From the NCBI RefSeq assembly GCF_006345805.1, contig NC_043003.1:37634001-37698000 (forward strand): a stretch of 64,000 bases of DNA, read 5' to 3'. Of the stretch, positions 60,421 to 64,000 are shown in pieces. A program made the position numbers and the translations under genes. The stretch comes from Octopus sinensis (Eukaryota). The first letter of the stretch is position 1; every line of letters starts with the position of its first letter. The notes below the pieces were generated by a model. It was not told the origin of the DNA. It saw nothing but the letters and a program-made list of their open reading frames with translations, and did not search any database.

Positions 60421-61289
60421 GAATGTGCCCAAATTAACCTCAGTGGGATTTATCTGGTGTAAACTTGAGTATCCCTGTTTAACCATGCCAAATAGAAAAT
60501 TGTTATTATTTTACACAACCTAAAGCAGCAACCTAGCAGAATCATTATCACACCAGCCAAATGCTTAACAGAATTTCTTCTCACTTTTTACATTCTAAAT
60601 TCAAATGCTGTTGAGGTTCAGTTTGCCTTTCAGTTTATTATTATTATTTTTGGCAGATGTCAATAAAATAAGAACCTGTTGAATGCTGGGTTTGATGTGA
60701 TTGACTTACCCCCTCCTCTTAAAATTGCTGACCTTGTGCCAAAATTAGAAAGGATTATTTATACAACGTAAAAATTAAGAGAAAAGTAAACAGAAACGTT
60801 TTTCAGTTCCAACCATAGCCCACAAGGCTGGGTAAATTTTGAGTTTTGGTGACATTTATCAGAACCACTAAAAGAACCTTTAAAAGATTGCTGGATCTGC
60901 TAGAAATAGCAGTGAAACCTCACTGAAACCACATGCCTGCTGTCTTAAAAGCAAAAGGAGAAATACATAGGATAATGATAGTTCTGGATATATCTGAAGA
61001 TGGGATGATCACATTTGGAAAGCTTTTGATCACAGGTCTGCACAGTCTCACCATGTAATGAAGAAGCAACCGATTGTTTGTCTCAGGATGTCAGTTTATA
61101 GCAGATAAATTTTTCTTTTGAATTTAGTACTGCAAGCCAACAGATCACTGATCACAATGAATCATGATTTCTTCCTGTACTTTGAGAATTTGTTCTGGCA
61201 CTCCATCACTATTCTTTATTTCCTCCTGTAACAAGATGAAGGTCTCAGGAACACTTGAGGGGTGTCTGTCTTATCTTGTCACATACAAT

Positions 61290-61745
61290 TGTCGAAGGGA
61301 GAACCAAAATCCGACTGTCTTCAATAGCAATAAATAATACTTTATTTTTCCGGGTTTTGCAAATAAAAATATATACACATATATTTTCTTAAGGGCGAAC
61401 CGGTAGCCAAGTCCACAAGACCGTCCACAAATGTTCACTTGTGTGAGCCAAAATTACCGTCTCCGTTCCCGCTTAGAAGAGAGCTTCTCTATATGTAGGG
61501 TTTTCCCTGAGAAAAGGTTGGTCATGTCCACTCGGTAGGGTTGCTGATTCAAAAAAGACAGATTTAGCGGGAACGCTTTCAGTTTGCAGTTCTCTGCGCA
61601 TGCGCATGAGGGAACTTCTTGTGGCCTACCGGAAGTAATCCAACTCTGCGCATGTGCGTTGAAAACTTCCCAAAATAGCGTCACTACACTCCCACCCATC
61701 CCTATGTAATGTGTAGTAGATGTGTATCCCCTTTGTAGCAAGACA
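61290..61745 (-). mobile_element. LTR (61290-61688) with adjacent polypurine tract: 3' end of an LTR retrotransposon
   Basis: Minus strand AGGGATGGGTGGGAG|TGTAGTGACG..AATAAA..CTTCGACA; TG..CA ends. Confidence 0.7.
61595..61658. promoter_or_regulatory. NRF1-type palindrome, ETS site and second NRF1-like site inside the LTR
   Basis: TGCGCATGCGCA 61595-61606, CCGGAAGT 61629-61636, TGCGCATGTGCG 61647-61658; motif match only. Confidence 0.45.
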
Positions 61746-61949
61746 CCTATGCTTGTCCCTCTATCATACATTAGCCTTGGAACAAATTGCTGATCTCTAA
61801 CTGTGGATGAGATGTGGGATGAGGCAGTGAAATATGGTCTTCAGATGTTGTGTTCCACAGAGGCAAATGACAAATGACCGAGACTTTTGGTGATTTGCTG
61901 TACTTGAGAAGACATGTCAAGCTAAGTGAAATTGTTGTTGTGATCAGTG

Positions 61950-62405
61950 CTGGTGACATGAATGGCACCTGTGTCAGTGGCCTGTAAAAGGCACCCAATA
62001 CATTCTATGGAGTGGTTGGCATTAGGAAGGGCATCCGGCCATAGAAACCAATCAAAAACAGATTATGGAGCCAGGTGCAGCTCTCCAGCTCCAGTCAAAC
62101 CATCTAACACATGCCAGCATGGAAAATGGTCGTTAAATGATGATGAAATACTCCCCCTCACTTAGTTGTGGGAGCTTTCTCCCCTTTTCCTTGTTCTTTC
62201 TGCCACAAGTTACTTGGCAACTTCACAAGTGCTGGTGGCTTAGAAAGAAAGCTCCCAGCTGTAGAAACCATGCCAAAAGACGACACTGCAACTTGGTAGC
62301 CCTGTGTCTTGGTCACTTGTCATTGCCTCTGTGGAACACAACATGAAATCATTCAATCCATGCCAGCATGGAAAATGGACATTAAATGATGATGATAACG
62401 ATGAT
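61950..62405 (+). mobile_element. Two degenerate family C tails
   Basis: GGAAGGGCATCC..CATGCCAGCATGGAAAATGG..TTAAATGATGATG twice. Confidence 0.75.
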
Positions 62406-62409
62406 GTTA

Positions 62410-62902
62410 TACAAGCTGTATAGCCTGGCTTTGCTCGGAATTAAGTTAGGATTATTAATTTAATCAAGCTCTTTATTTCAAACCAAACTAAATAACATTG
62501 ACGTCAAATTTGAGTGATATCAATTGGAATTGGTAAACTTTTGGCTGAAAATGAGTTGCATACAATTTGATTGGGAAATCCCATAAGGAATCGGTTAATC
62601 GATTTTTTTTCCACTCATCATTTTTTGGTTTTTATTTGGGGGAACTTAAAGCATTCAAAAATGCCATGAGTCCTAAATAATGCTGGCATCAAGTTTGAAC
62701 AAAGTACATCAAAATTTGTAAAAGTTATGGTTGAAAATGGGGTGTTGCCAATTTTAGTGGGAAATCCTATAAGGAATTGGTTTATCGATTATTTTTTATC
62801 CAACCGAACACAACATTGCTGATTCAAAAACATATATATTTATACTTTAAAGTTGGGTTTCACACCCAACCCAGTTCTGCAGAATCACAACTAAGTCTTA
62901 AG

Positions 62903-62934
<32 letters not shown>

Positions 62935-63778
62935 AATTTAAAAAATCTCTCTCTCTTTACACATACTAACAAAACTTCTCATTCACACTACACTTTCTGT
63001 GTTACACACCCCATGTGTGTGTGAGTATGTGCATATTTGATGGAGGTATGCAACACAGAATGTGTGATGTATGTGAGAAGTTGTTTTGTTAGTGTGTATG
63101 GAGAGAGAGAGAGAGAGCAATAGATAACAGTAACTCATCGCTAGAAGGGGACTTAACTCATCTCTTTTACTCTTACTTGTTTCAGTCATTTGACTGAGGC
63201 CATGCTGGAGCACCGCCTCTAGTCGAGCAAATCGACCCCAGGACTTATTTTTTGTAAGCCTAGTACTTATTCTATCGGTCCCTTTTGCCAAACTGCTAAG
63301 TTACGGGGACGTAAACACACTAGCATCGGTTGTCAAGCGATGTTGGTGGGACAAACACAGACACACAAACACATACATATATATACATATATACAATGGG
63401 CTTCTTTTAGTTTCCGTCTACCAAATCCACTCACAAGGTTTTGGTCGGCCCGAGGCTATAGTAGGAGACACTTGCCCAAGGTGCCACACAGTGGGACTGA
63501 ACCTGGAACCATGTGGTTGATAAGCAAGCTTCTTATCACACAGCTACTCCTGCACCTATATGTTTGCAAATAATAGCGGACTTGAAAATTGTTAGAAGTT
63601 ATGGTTCAAAATTATTTTTACTGCTATTTGCTGGTGCCTCGGGGGAAAAGAATTTTACAAAAATACAGCTAGGGTCGTGATGAATGTCCTCCTAGAATTT
63701 GAGCGACATGCGTGATAATTTGTGGACGTGCATAAATTACATTCACATACACATCCTGCCTTTTATATATACACAGAT
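62410..63778 (+). mobile_element. Probable non-autonomous Helitron/Helentron-type element with nested repeats
   Basis: 5' ACAAGCTGTATAGCCTGGCTTTGCTCGG and 3' CTGCCTTTTATATATACACAGAT resemble DINE-1/HINE-type ends; internal direct repeats; contains (TA)n and a D1 SINE. Confidence 0.5.
63161..63556 (-). mobile_element. SINE family D1, full length
   Basis: Reverse complement of 15094-15487. Confidence 0.9.
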
Positions 63779-64000
63779 ATATGAGAGGTACAAATCATCA
63801 AAAGAGGTATACATTAGACAATTTCTGACAAACAATGAAAACTTCAGTGAAAATAAAACAGAATTAATTAAATAAATAAGCAATCAACAAATTGGAAAAA
63901 TAAAAGTGAAAGAAAAGTTAATTACTTAAATTTTATTATTATTTTTAATCAGTTGCCATAATGTGAATAATTAGAATCCTGTTACTGTTTTGGTTCAAAG

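Noticed and set aside
61160-61240. Possible minus-strand terminal exon (EEIKNSDGVPEQILKVQEEIMIHCDQ*)
   Set aside because: Plausible acceptor but no recognisable protein similarity and no partner exons in the window.

Overview
AT-rich, repeat-dense eukaryotic DNA, almost certainly from an octopus (inferred from the SINE repertoire). The + strand carries one protein-coding gene, FAM91A1, traced by hand as 20 GT-AG coding exons from 4745 to the TGA stop at 52560. Splice phases are consistent throughout, giving 2541 nt (846 aa plus stop). The first coding exon (~24 codons in the human orthologue) was not found and probably lies upstream of the window. Introns and the downstream flank hold tRNA-derived SINEs, RTE, CR1/L2, R4 and Penelope relics, Tc1/mariner, pogo and piggyBac elements and MITEs, two related LTRs, a probable Helentron-type element and many microsatellites. 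Nearly all other ORFs in the supplied track are spurious or transposon debris. I found no convincing novel multi-gene system. The most interesting signals are mechanistic: a twin-priming-like inverted SINE, modular SINEs sharing an RTE tail, nested insertions, intronic foldbacks, and codons that A-to-I editing could restore. Comparisons with human FAM91A1 rest on the sequence as I recall it and need confirming. Repeat family letters (A, B, C, D1, D2, E, F, G, H) are my own working labels.
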